Sequence record: SRR22947727_2297 | Length of the DNA stretch: 58,497 nt | Reading direction: 5' to 3' (one strand) | Part shown: in pieces, positions 39,761 through 49,179 of the stretch | Layout: every line of letters starts with the position of its first letter | Numbering within the stretch: the stretch's first letter is position 1 | The notes under the pieces: generated by a model | Seen by the model: only the letters and a program-made list of their open reading frames with translations | Database searches by the model: none | Told to the model about the DNA's origin: nothing | Made by a program: the position numbers and the translations under genes

Positions 39761-41263
39761 TCAACTGCTCGTCCAGAAAAGTGGCGTGTCGATTAGCTGA
39801 ATGATGCGAAAACCGATCACGAGCAGTGGAACGGTCATCATGCTGTAAAAAACAATGTTCACTTTTTTCGCCATCGAAGTGCGCTGGAGCTGCCGACGAA
39901 AACGCTCGGTCACCCAAATAAAGGTCAGTACCATTGGCAAAAAGAGCCCGAGCATAAACCGGTCGCCTTTGCCAATCGGTTCGTAGAAGCCAAAGGCCAG
40001 TGAGGAGATTGTAAATGTTCCGAAGGCAAAAAGCAGCATCCAACGGGCGCTCTGAGACCCGACCGGCCAGACAAGTTTGTCGCGGTTTCTCCACGCGATG
40101 TGATGAAAAACCGAAATTACGACCAGGATGATGAACAGCCAGATTAAGAGCCAGCCTCGCTGCGGCAGTATTTGACGCCACAGTTTGGTCTTCTTGTTAT
40201 TTTGCGTCACCTCTGGCGGGAACATCAGTTCCTTCATTTTTTTCTCAGTCCCGGATCGAAGCCGTTCGATAAAAGTCGCGCGATCATGAGTCTTCAAGTA
40301 ATTCCCCAGCGACGGTTTTTCTTCCGGCTTCATCGCCTTAAGCGCGTCCTTTGAAGAATGATTCACCATAAAACGGGAGCCTTCGTCGAAATCGTCCATC
40401 CACATCCAGTAGCCGGGGTAACTGTGAAACGGGTCGCCAAATTTATCGCTCGCGAAACTGAGCCGTGGCCCGGCCGTCATCATGAACGCCGTGAACATTA
40501 CGGCCATGCCGACAAACTGATTTGGCAAACTCCACCGCTCGTCTTCGTCTCCCCGCCAACGGCCTTGAATGATCGAAACCAGAAATCGCAAAAACGAAAC
40601 GCCGACAAAAACCAGGGCGAACGGCTGCCAGCCTCCTTTTGCGAGGAAAGAGAGCCCAAAGAGAAATCCCAACATTCCGTAGAGCCAGAGGCTGTTTTTT
40701 CGCAACAAACTGAGGGCACAGATCCACGAAAGCAGGAACAGAATGTAATAGATCGGCTCGGGCTGAAAATAAGCCGCCCGCGGCAGCATGGCTCCGAGCC
40801 CACCTAGAAGCATCAAGATACTTGCCGAAACAAACGAGAATGCCCTGGCTGCGAGGACTCCCACGAGCACCAAAAAGGCACACGTCACGGTGACGTTGAA
40901 CCATTTTCCCTTCTCAAAAAATCGATCGTGATCGGTGTCGGCAAACTTGGACGCGACCCACGGCCACAACGGATTCACTACGCCATCGGTGTAATGGGGA
41001 AATGAACGCCACATCGCTGACGTAATACTTTCGCCCGGCTGAATCGATTGCTCAGCTCGTTCGATCGCTGTAAAAGCCAAAGTGATGTTATGCTGCTGAT
41101 CGTAATTGAGCCGGTCTCGATTGGTCTGATAAACGAGATGGGTTCCCAAATAAAAATAGAGCCACACAAAACCAATCAAGAATCCCCCGAAAGCGATCCA
41201 TTTTTTGGCGGTGTTGTTTCGTTTTCCAGCCGAAATCGGAGCCGTTTCTCTCGAAAAACTCAT
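39761..41263 (-). CDS. GT-C fold (ArnT/PMT-like) membrane glycosyltransferase-like protein
   Basis: Acidic luminal YDQ after TM1, many TM helices, QPEP motif, LAK after a TM segment. Confidence 0.65.
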   Translation of the reverse strand: MSFSRETAPISAGKRNNTAKKWIAFGGFLIGFVWLYFYLGTHLVYQTNRDRLNYDQQHNITLAFTAIERAEQSIQPGESITSAMWRSFPHYTDGVVNPLWPWVASKFADTDHDRFFEKGKWFNVTVTCAFLVLVGVLAARAFSFVSASILMLLGGLGAMLPRAAYFQPEPIYYILFLLSWICALSLLRKNSLWLYGMLGFLFGLSFLAKGGWQPFALVFVGVSFLRFLVSIIQGRWRGDEDERWSLPNQFVGMAVMFTAFMMTAGPRLSFASDKFGDPFHSYPGYWMWMDDFDEGSRFMVNHSSKDALKAMKPEEKPSLGNYLKTHDRATFIERLRSGTEKKMKELMFPPEVTQNNKKTKLWRQILPQRGWLLIWLFIILVVISVFHHIAWRNRDKLVWPVGSQSARWMLLFAFGTFTISSLAFGFYEPIGKGDRFMLGLFLPMVLTFIWVTERFRRQLQRTSMAKKVNIVFYSMMTVPLLVIGFRIIQLIDTPLFWTSS

Positions 41264-41688
41264 ATTCCAGATTCCAAATCCCCCCGCTTCTCATCCAGTC
41301 GATCATTTGATTCCATCAAATAGGCTTCGGAGTGTTTGTAATCGATGAACGAGGCGACTTTCTTTGCATCGACGATGGATTTTTTCGAAACCTGAAGCTC
41401 GACCCTGCCAACATCTGCTCCGGGGAAATCTTTAAATTTATCAGGGCACGTTGTGCTCACTTCCAGGATCTTCGGTTTGAACCACCCTCCCAGAAACACG
41501 ACTTTTTCGATTTCTTTGTACTCAAACTCAACCGTTTCCGGATCCGACTTTTTAAAAGCCCGATCCCGCTCCTTAAAATGAAGCTCCACCGTATCCCTTC
41601 CGCAATAAAGCTTTCCCTCCACATGCTCGTAGCCAAGCGCATCGGTGGCTGCGTTGCTGAAATAGACGGAAATGCTATCGAGAATCAT
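41260..41688 (-). CDS. Hypothetical protein
   Basis: 142-aa ORF with ATGA overlap to the downstream gene. Confidence 0.7.
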   Translation of the reverse strand: MILDSISVYFSNAATDALGYEHVEGKLYCGRDTVELHFKERDRAFKKSDPETVEFEYKEIEKVVFLGGWFKPKILEVSTTCPDKFKDFPGADVGRVELQVSKKSIVDAKKVASFIDYKHSEAYLMESNDRLDEKRGDLESGI

Positions 41689-41844
41689 AAAGTTTGAGGA
41701 GAGGGAGCTTTATCATACGAGCAGGGCAAAATAAAGAAATCCGTTCTTCCATCGATTTCATCGTCCGGCATGAATGATTCCAAAAAGAATGAACTACACG
41801 GAAGTGACTGATGCCCAGTAAGAGCAGCAATTCATAGAAACCAA

Positions 41845-44742
41845 TCAATGAGCATCCAGCCAGTTCTCACCGGTGCCGGTTTCCACCAAAATAGGGACTT
41901 TCAACGGCAGGGATGATTTCATGCACTCGACAACAAGCGGTGTCACTTCAGCTTCTTCATCCCGTCGCATGTCGAAGACCAATTCATCGTGAACCTGCAA
42001 CAGCATTCGTGTTTTGAAGCCGCCGTCGTCAAGAGCACGGGCCACACGGGTCATCGCGATTTTGATCATATCTGCCGCAGTGCCTTGAATCGGGGTGTTC
42101 ACTGCAATCCGCTCCGAGGCGCTTTTCATCATGAAGCTTCGTGAATTGATGTCGCGCAGATAACGCCGGCGATGCGTGATCGTCTCGACATAACCGTTTT
42201 TCTGAGCCGCTTCGATCGTTGATTCCTGAAACTCTTTTACCTTCGGATACTGCTTAAAATATTCCTCGATGATTTCGCCAGCCTCCGATCGTGAAACTTC
42301 GCCTCCAAGCCGTTGGGCCAAACCGAAGGCCGAGATGCCGTAGATGATTCCAAAGTTCACCATCTTCGCTTTTCTCCGCATTGATGACTCCACCGCGTCC
42401 AATTCCACTCCAAAAACCCGCGCGGCAGTTGCCTGGTGAATATCCACACCGGTTTCAAAGGCTTCCATCATCGCAGGATCTTCGCAAAGCGATGCCATGA
42501 CGCGTAACTCGATTTGAGAATAGTCGGCCGCCATCAAAATATGATCGGCATCGCGCGGCACAAACGCCTTTCGAATTTCTCGCCCCTGTTCCGTCCGAAT
42601 CGGGATGTTTTGCAAATTCGGATCGTTCGAGGCCAATCGTCCTGTCGCCGTCATCAGCTGATGAAACGTGGTGTGAATCCGGCCGGTTTTCGGAAAAATT
42701 GAATTCGGCAACGCATCGACATAGGTGCTCTTTAATTTCGAGGCCTCTCGAAAGGCCAGTAAATCCCGCACGATTTGGTGCTCCACCGACAATCCCGAAA
42801 GCGTTTGCTCATCAGTTTTGTATTGGCCGGTTTTGGTTTTCTTCGGCTTCTCGACCAGTTTCAATTTATCGAACAAAATCTCTCCAACTTGCTTCGGCGA
42901 CGCGACATTGAATTCTTCGCCCGCCGCGTCGTAGACCTTTTGCTCCATTAGCTTGATGTTTTTGCCGAGGACTTCGCCGATCTCCGATAATATATCAGTA
43001 TCGACGCGAATTCCTTCCGCCTCCATCGCAACAAGAACCGGCGTCAGGGGTGATTCCACGCCGAAGAACAAGGCTTCCTGACCAAACTCCTTCAGCTTCT
43101 CGCGCAAAATTTCCGCCAGCTGCCAGGCCACATCTGCATCTTCCGCTGCATATTCGGCGATGTTCACAAAAGCAGGCCCCATTGGCGCTTCGGGCTCGGG
43201 TTCTGCTTCCAGCACCAATTCGCCGAACATATCGAGTTGCCCCGCTTTGGGATCATTCGCTTCGCCATCCTTGGCTTTTTCTTTTTCTGCGGGCTGGTCT
43301 TTTGCAAACACGTCCTCGTATTTGATCGGCGTGTATCCTAAATACTGCTCCGACAGGTAATCCATTTTATGCCGCAGATCCGGCTCCACCAAGGTGTGCG
43401 CCAACATGGTGTCGAAGAGCTGGCCATCGATCTTCAATCCATTCCAATGCAACACACCGACATCGAACTTTAGATTGTGGCCGATTTTTTCCGTGAACGG
43501 ATCAGTCAAAACAGGCCGCAGTTCTTCTAAGATTGCCTTGGCTCCCGCTTCATCGCCGGGAAAGCCGATGTAGATTCCCGTGTTGGCCTTCCATGAAAAT
43601 GCGACGCCGATGATGTTCGCGACTTTTTCGTCCAGTCCATCGGTTTCCAGATCGAAGCAAAAAGACTGCTGGTCTCCGATTTTTTGGATCGCCTCAGCAC
43701 GCCCTTTCGCATCGTCCGGCGGAAAATATTCGTATGACTTCCTAACGTCCTGAATCGTTTTCAGCTCAGCGAAATTCGATTGCTCCCCTTTCAGCGAGCC
43801 GTCCGCTTGCTTCACCGTTTTGTGACCTCGGCCTGCCTGGAAATCATTACCAAACAAGCGTTTACCGAGCTGATTGAACTCCCACTCGACAAACAAATCC
43901 TTCAGCGCCCCGTCGTCGCGGGGCGTGATTTCGAGCTCTTCGAACGTCACGTCGACCGGCGCATCGAGCATGATCTTGACCAATTTTTTCGACAGCAAGG
44001 CTTGCTCCACATTATTCTCCACGTTCTCTTTCTGCTTACCTTTCAGTTTGTCGGTGTTTTCCAAAAGCCCCTCGACACTGCCGTAGAGCGCCATCAACTT
44101 TTTCGCGGTCTTCTCGCCAATCCCCGGCACCCCCGGAATGTTGTCCGACGCATCTCCCCACAGTCCCAAAATATCCACGACCTGTTCAGGAGTCTCGACC
44201 TCCCATTTCTTTTTGATCGCTTCCACGTCGAGAATCTCAAAATCACCGCCCCGCATTCCCGGTTTGTAAATCTTGATCCGATCCGTCACCAGCTGAGCAA
44301 AATCTTTATCCGGCGTGACCATGAAGATCTCGAAATTTTCATCTTCCTTTTCCGCCCGCTGCGCCAGCGTTCCGATCGTGTCATCCGCCTCCCAGCCAGG
44401 GCACTCAATCACCGGAATGTTGAAAGCTCGAATCAGGCGTTTCACCTCCGGGATTTGCAACGCCAGATCCTCCGGCATGGCATCTCGATTCGCTTTGTAT
44501 TCGGGATACATCTCATGCCGCGGAGTTGGCTCCGAAGTATCAAACGCGACAGCGAGGTGAGTTGGCGCCTGCTTGTCCATCAATTCGAGCAGCGTATTAG
44601 CAAAGCCAAAAACGCCGGATGCGTTGAATCCGCCCGAGGTAAAGATCGGCGATCGAATCAGCCCAAAATGCGCCCGATACATGAGCGCCATGCCATCGAG
44701 AAGAAAGAGCCGTTTGGGAGATGAGGTTTCAGAATCCGCCAT
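41845..44742 (-). CDS. polA: DNA polymerase I
   Basis: 5' nuclease (LLDG, EADD, GDASDNIPGVPGIGEKTA), 3'-5' exonuclease (FDLET, HNLKFD, YAAEDA), polymerase (DYSQIELR, KMVNFGIIYG, QVHDEL). Confidence 0.99.
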   Translation of the reverse strand: MADSETSSPKRLFLLDGMALMYRAHFGLIRSPIFTSGGFNASGVFGFANTLLELMDKQAPTHLAVAFDTSEPTPRHEMYPEYKANRDAMPEDLALQIPEVKRLIRAFNIPVIECPGWEADDTIGTLAQRAEKEDENFEIFMVTPDKDFAQLVTDRIKIYKPGMRGGDFEILDVEAIKKKWEVETPEQVVDILGLWGDASDNIPGVPGIGEKTAKKLMALYGSVEGLLENTDKLKGKQKENVENNVEQALLSKKLVKIMLDAPVDVTFEELEITPRDDGALKDLFVEWEFNQLGKRLFGNDFQAGRGHKTVKQADGSLKGEQSNFAELKTIQDVRKSYEYFPPDDAKGRAEAIQKIGDQQSFCFDLETDGLDEKVANIIGVAFSWKANTGIYIGFPGDEAGAKAILEELRPVLTDPFTEKIGHNLKFDVGVLHWNGLKIDGQLFDTMLAHTLVEPDLRHKMDYLSEQYLGYTPIKYEDVFAKDQPAEKEKAKDGEANDPKAGQLDMFGELVLEAEPEPEAPMGPAFVNIAEYAAEDADVAWQLAEILREKLKEFGQEALFFGVESPLTPVLVAMEAEGIRVDTDILSEIGEVLGKNIKLMEQKVYDAAGEEFNVASPKQVGEILFDKLKLVEKPKKTKTGQYKTDEQTLSGLSVEHQIVRDLLAFREASKLKSTYVDALPNSIFPKTGRIHTTFHQLMTATGRLASNDPNLQNIPIRTEQGREIRKAFVPRDADHILMAADYSQIELRVMASLCEDPAMMEAFETGVDIHQATAARVFGVELDAVESSMRRKAKMVNFGIIYGISAFGLAQRLGGEVSRSEAGEIIEEYFKQYPKVKEFQESTIEAAQKNGYVETITHRRRYLRDINSRSFMMKSASERIAVNTPIQGTAADMIKIAMTRVARALDDGGFKTRMLLQVHDELVFDMRRDEEAEVTPLVVECMKSSLPLKVPILVETGTGENWLDAH

Positions 44743-44866
44743 GATTCCTGATGATAGGCACGACGGCGAAACGAATCAACAGTAGGAAAAAACCGGCATA
44801 CGCCTGACTGAACCCCACCAATTCACGACAACGTTTTCCCTCAAATTCAACGGCTGAACCCGGACG

Positions 44867-44909
44867 TGATCTGGCAGAGTTGGTTCGTTGATTCAATAGG
44901 GGCAGTTCG
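44867..44909. repeat. 21-bp palindromic repeat array (2 units)
   Basis: tgatctgg-cagag-ttggttcg t tgattcaa-taggg-gcagttcg. Confidence 0.6.
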
Positions 44910-44926
44910 TGAAATTCTTTTGCCGA

Positions 44927-46306
44927 TCACTTCGCCGCGCTTGATTGATATTTGGAGACGAAAATGTCGTTCCCCTTTTTTGCGGTCAGCGACGTCGCGC
45001 CAAATTGCGTTTCGTTTCGAAAAGCGCCGGAAATCACCACTCCGCCGTCGGAAGTCGCAGCGATCGCGTAGCTGAGATCATGATCTTTTCCCCCTGCAAG
45101 AATAAACGATTTCACGACGCTGCCGTCAGGCGAAAGCTCCAGAATGTAAGCGTCCCGTTCACCGGTGGTTGTGAATTTCTTACCGTTGAAATTCGCTGCT
45201 TTCGTTATTTCGCCTGTGATCACAAATCCACCGCCGTTCGGCAACGCAGCTGAACCAAGCGCGTAATCTGTTTCCAACCCGCCGCCATGATGCGCGTTCA
45301 AAACGTCGCCGTCGGAAGAATAAACGGCTACGAAAAAATCATTCCCACCGTGCGATGTGAATTCGGAATCACCAAATCGGGCGGTGCCTTTGAACATTCC
45401 GGACAGACAAATATTTCCGGTTTTTTCATCTACAGAAACTCCCGTCGACGCGCCATTTGATTCGCCTCCCGCTTGTTTCACCCACTGGAACTCGCCATTC
45501 GCGTTGTATTTTGCAAGGCCGATGTCTTGAATTTTGCTGGTGGTAGAAACGGTATCCGACCAGTCAATTTTTCCGCGTCCAAAAGCGGCCAGATAAATCA
45601 ATCCATCGCTGCCGACCGTCACATTGTGGCCGCTGATTCCCGGTCCAGTCGCAGCCGCCGACCAAATCATTTCACCGTCAGGAGAAAATTTCGCGACCAC
45701 TGCGGAACGCGATTTCTCCCGCCCGATCACCTTTCCACCAATGTCGCCCAGATTCGCGATCGTTCCCGAAACCACGACATTTCCATCCGACCCCGTGGAA
45801 ATTCCATGGCCAAAATCGTAGTTTTCTCCGCCAAACCGCTGTGCCCAGAGGCATTTTCCTGATTCATTAAATCGAGCAATGAACCCATCGTAGTCTCCGC
45901 TATTTGTGAGCTTCACGTCTCCGAACCTGATCGTTTCGCTTTGAAAATGACCTGTTACGAAACAACCGCCATCCTCATCCGGTGAAACCGCATAGCCGCG
46001 ATCAATTTCCGCGCCACCCGTTCGCACCGCCCAAATGACTTCGCCAGCTTGATCAATTTTCGCGAGCACGAAATCGAGACTGCCGGCGGACTTCAACATA
46101 TGAGGCCCGAAATCAGTTTCGCCCGTGATTTCTCCGGTCACAAATACACCGCCATTTGCGGCTGCACAGGCTCCTCTGATTTTGTCATTCCCTTCGCCAC
46201 CTGCGCGGAAAGACCACTGAAATGAACCAGCGTCTTGTGAGAATAGATTTCCCGCCGTCACAAAAGCGAAGGCGAGAGCGAGATAGCTGAAGATCGAAAT
46301 TTTCAT
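44927..46306 (-). CDS. Secreted beta-propeller repeat protein (SBBP-like)
   Basis: Repeated VxxTG...G..DxF(V/I)AK...G...W units; signal peptide. Confidence 0.85.
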   Translation of the reverse strand: MKISIFSYLALAFAFVTAGNLFSQDAGSFQWSFRAGGEGNDKIRGACAAANGGVFVTGEITGETDFGPHMLKSAGSLDFVLAKIDQAGEVIWAVRTGGAEIDRGYAVSPDEDGGCFVTGHFQSETIRFGDVKLTNSGDYDGFIARFNESGKCLWAQRFGGENYDFGHGISTGSDGNVVVSGTIANLGDIGGKVIGREKSRSAVVAKFSPDGEMIWSAAATGPGISGHNVTVGSDGLIYLAAFGRGKIDWSDTVSTTSKIQDIGLAKYNANGEFQWVKQAGGESNGASTGVSVDEKTGNICLSGMFKGTARFGDSEFTSHGGNDFFVAVYSSDGDVLNAHHGGGLETDYALGSAALPNGGGFVITGEITKAANFNGKKFTTTGERDAYILELSPDGSVVKSFILAGGKDHDLSYAIAATSDGGVVISGAFRNETQFGATSLTAKKGNDIFVSKYQSSAAK

Positions 46307-46414
46307 GAAGTCGCGGTATATCTGATTTCAAGAAAGGTGAGGGGATCGGTCAAGACGGCCCGATGGCGCATTGAAGGCTCGCTCGGCAATTCAGCCGCGA
46401 TCAGGCTCGGTAAT

Positions 46415-47200
46415 TTACTCAATAGGCTCCAATTTTGGAACCTCAAATTTCATTGTCGCCGGCGTGTTCATCAATGACATGCCTTTTTCATCTTCGAAAA
46501 TGACAACAATTTCTTCGAATCGACCAGCTGCCCAGACGTCTTGAGTCAACAGCCAGCGCTTCAAAAACTTGGCGACTGCCAACCGCGATTCGTCGCGAGC
46601 TTTCGACAACGTTTTTGCATCGCTCGCTCGTAAATTCAGCTTCAAGGTAATGTCTCGCTCAAGTGCTTCGAGATTATCATGCTTATCCCATCGGCCCCAA
46701 CCCGATTTTGTTTTCTTCCGCATTTTCCCTGAATCAAAGGCCACTGGCAAACTCGGCTTGAGCTTTGGAGCGATGACCATCAAACGCGATCCGTCAGATT
46801 CGACGAACCAATCGCCATTTAAATCGATGTGAAACCGATACGTCGCAGGAACGGTGATTTCAGAAACGGTAGTGCCAAGTGGCATGATTGCTCCAAACCA
46901 CTCGACGTTTGTTTTTCGGGTAAATTCTTCCGTCGCCTCTGCGGTCGCAACTTCAAGAATATTGCCTTCATTTCCAGCCACCTCGAGTTCGCGCCATTCG
47001 TGAAAGGTCTGAACGGTTTCCCCGGGTTTGAAAAGTTCGACGACGGTTTCTTTCGTAGCATCGATCGATTGTTTACCTAGCCAAATAAAAGCGCCGAAAA
47101 CAATCAAACCGGGGAGAAGCAGCAACACGAAAAGCCAGAATACTTTTGCCCACGGGGAACTGGCTGAGGATTTTGGACTTTCGGCACTGTCTTCGCTCAT
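46415..47200 (-). CDS. Membrane-anchored DUF4230-like protein
   Basis: N-terminal TM, EITVPATYRFHIDL, LMVIAPKL pattern. Confidence 0.6.
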   Translation of the reverse strand: MSEDSAESPKSSASSPWAKVFWLFVLLLLPGLIVFGAFIWLGKQSIDATKETVVELFKPGETVQTFHEWRELEVAGNEGNILEVATAEATEEFTRKTNVEWFGAIMPLGTTVSEITVPATYRFHIDLNGDWFVESDGSRLMVIAPKLKPSLPVAFDSGKMRKKTKSGWGRWDKHDNLEALERDITLKLNLRASDAKTLSKARDESRLAVAKFLKRWLLTQDVWAAGRFEEIVVIFEDEKGMSLMNTPATMKFEVPKLEPIE

Positions 47201-48189
47201 GTGAAATAAGATCGCTGCGTTTCTGAAATCGTCAGTCCCATTTTTTCCATCACTAGCAACATGTCTTCCCAGACCATTCGCTTTTTCGGACGTCCTTTGT
47301 CCGGGTCAGATTCGGCCCGAAGAAGATAGCTCGGATGATACGTCACCATGACAGGTATACCGTTCAGCTCATAAAACTGTCCCCGCATTCGGCTGACCGA
47401 TCCACTCAAATCGAGCAACCCCTCAGCTGCCGTTCCACCACAGGCGATAATCGCTTTAGGTTTTACGATCTCGATTTCAGCCATGATGTATTTTACGGAA
47501 GCCGCCATTTCTTCGGGAGTTGGCTTCCGGTTTTTTGGCCCCTGAAAGCGGCCATCGCCGATCATGGGACGAAATTTAACGATGTTCGAAATGTAGATTT
47601 CATCGCGGCTCAAGCCCATCGCCTTTACGATTCCATCGAGCTTTTGACCCGCGGGTCCGACGAATGGCTTCTTTTGTTTTTCGTCTTCCGCATCGGGTGC
47701 ATCACCGACAATCATGAGGCCCGCCTCGGGATTCCCTGTCGCAAATACCAGCTGGTCGCGGAGTGACTCCAACTTTCGAGCCGCTTCGCTCGCTTTTGCC
47801 ATGCGGTATAAATTGTTCAACTTCTCCCGCTTCGTGGATCCTTCCGGATTCAATATTTCGATTCCCCGTGCAGCTGAAGAATATTCCGGTGAGGCGTGTT
47901 CGATTACAGGAGTTTCCGCAGCAGTGGCTTCAGGTGCAGGATTTGAAGCCATCAGCGGGATCACAGTTTCCGCTTCGACAGAAGGCCCCGTTTCCGTCAT
48001 TGCGGCTGGAGCCGCTGCTGATGCGGGCGCTGAGGCCGACATCTTCATCAGTGTTGTCGGTAGGAATGCCAGTTGATCCAGCGATTCCGGCGATAACACA
48101 ATCCCTTCCACTCCTTGCTCACGGCGGCGAGCCAGCAAGTCGCGGAGCGAATAAAGCGCGTGATTGAGTTCAGAAGGAGTCGTCACCAT
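47197..48189 (-). CDS. Uracil-DNA glycosylase, family 4 (Cys-poor variant)
   Basis: VFATGNPEA, GDAPD, PFVGPAG, YISNIVK, NRKP, TYHPSYLLR. Confidence 0.9.
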   Translation of the reverse strand: MVTTPSELNHALYSLRDLLARRREQGVEGIVLSPESLDQLAFLPTTLMKMSASAPASAAAPAAMTETGPSVEAETVIPLMASNPAPEATAAETPVIEHASPEYSSAARGIEILNPEGSTKREKLNNLYRMAKASEAARKLESLRDQLVFATGNPEAGLMIVGDAPDAEDEKQKKPFVGPAGQKLDGIVKAMGLSRDEIYISNIVKFRPMIGDGRFQGPKNRKPTPEEMAASVKYIMAEIEIVKPKAIIACGGTAAEGLLDLSGSVSRMRGQFYELNGIPVMVTYHPSYLLRAESDPDKGRPKKRMVWEDMLLVMEKMGLTISETQRSYFT

Positions 48190-48322
48190 GGCAGAAATTC
48201 AGTGTGCAATCGGATACTACAAAGGCAACGGCAATTTGTAATCGTGTCTCCCCGAAAACTGGCTTGTGATTCCGTCTCATTTGTAGTCTCATTATCTAAT
48301 CCAAACCCACCCGTCTTAAATC

Positions 48323-49063
48323 ATGTTCAAACGCATTGGCAATCTCATCCGCGGCTTTTTCGGTCTTTTTGTAACTGGTCTCGAAAAACAAAATCCTGAA
48401 GCACTTCTCAATGTTGAAAAGGAAAACCTGAGAAAACAAATTTCTGAGTATAACAAAGGTCTTGCTGCTCACGCAGGCCTTTGTGAGCGCCTAATTTCGC
48501 AGGTCGAAAAAGAGCGTCGCGAGTCGAAAGAATTAACCGCAAAAACCTCCGCTCACCTCAAGGCCGGTAACCGTAAACTCGCCGGTGAATACGCGCTTAA
48601 ACTTCAAAAAGTGAAGGATGACCATGCTTCCAATGTTGAGCAGATGGAAGCGGCGGAAAAAACTTATGAGGAATTAAAGCGTTCCCGCGACATCGCAGTG
48701 AAAGCTGCTCGCGACAAAATTGAATCGCTCAAGCGCAATATTTCAGAAACCAAAATCGCCAAAGCTACCGCTGAGCTCAATGAAATGGCTGCCGGGATGA
48801 TCAATGAAATCGGCGGTGCAGGCGATACCTTGAATCGCCTTGAAGAAATGGTTCGCGAGGAGAAAGAAGAAGCCAAAGGCCGCGCTCGCGTTGCTAAAGA
48901 CAGCATCGACACAACCGACCTCGTTGAAATGGAAGCTGAGCGTTCTGCTCTCGAAGAAATGGCGTTGGCTGATTTCGCCGCCGAATCCGGAATCGTGATG
49001 GAAGGTGACGGCGATGGTGGAGAAACCGAAGCTCCCGCTGCTGAAGACGAGAAAACCATGTGA
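48323..49063 (+). CDS. PspA/IM30 family protein
   Basis: MFKRIGNLIRG amphipathic N-terminus, ExxNPEALL, long coiled coil. Confidence 0.85.
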   Translation: MFKRIGNLIRGFFGLFVTGLEKQNPEALLNVEKENLRKQISEYNKGLAAHAGLCERLISQVEKERRESKELTAKTSAHLKAGNRKLAGEYALKLQKVKDDHASNVEQMEAAEKTYEELKRSRDIAVKAARDKIESLKRNISETKIAKATAELNEMAAGMINEIGGAGDTLNRLEEMVREEKEEAKGRARVAKDSIDTTDLVEMEAERSALEEMALADFAAESGIVMEGDGDGGETEAPAAEDEKTM

Positions 49064-49075
49064 TTTCCGTTTTCA

Positions 49076-49150
49076 CGATCCAACAGGGCTGGTTCGTTGA
49101 ATCAACCCTGTTCAATCGAAACACTGAATCGATCCAATACTGTTGGATCG
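49076..49150. repeat. 21-bp palindromic repeat array (3 units); the last unit doubles as a terminator hairpin
   Basis: cgatccaa-caggg-ctggttcg t tgaatcaa-ccctg-ttcaatcg N11 cgatccaa-tactg-ttggatcg followed by cTTTTTTTT. Confidence 0.85.
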
Positions 49151-49179
49151 CTTTTTTTTGTGTCCGTAGATCCAAGGTT

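Noticed and set aside
43780-44724. 314-aa plus-strand ORF antisense to polA
   Set aside because: Lies entirely opposite a conserved gene and has no recognisable motifs; typical shadow ORF from codon bias
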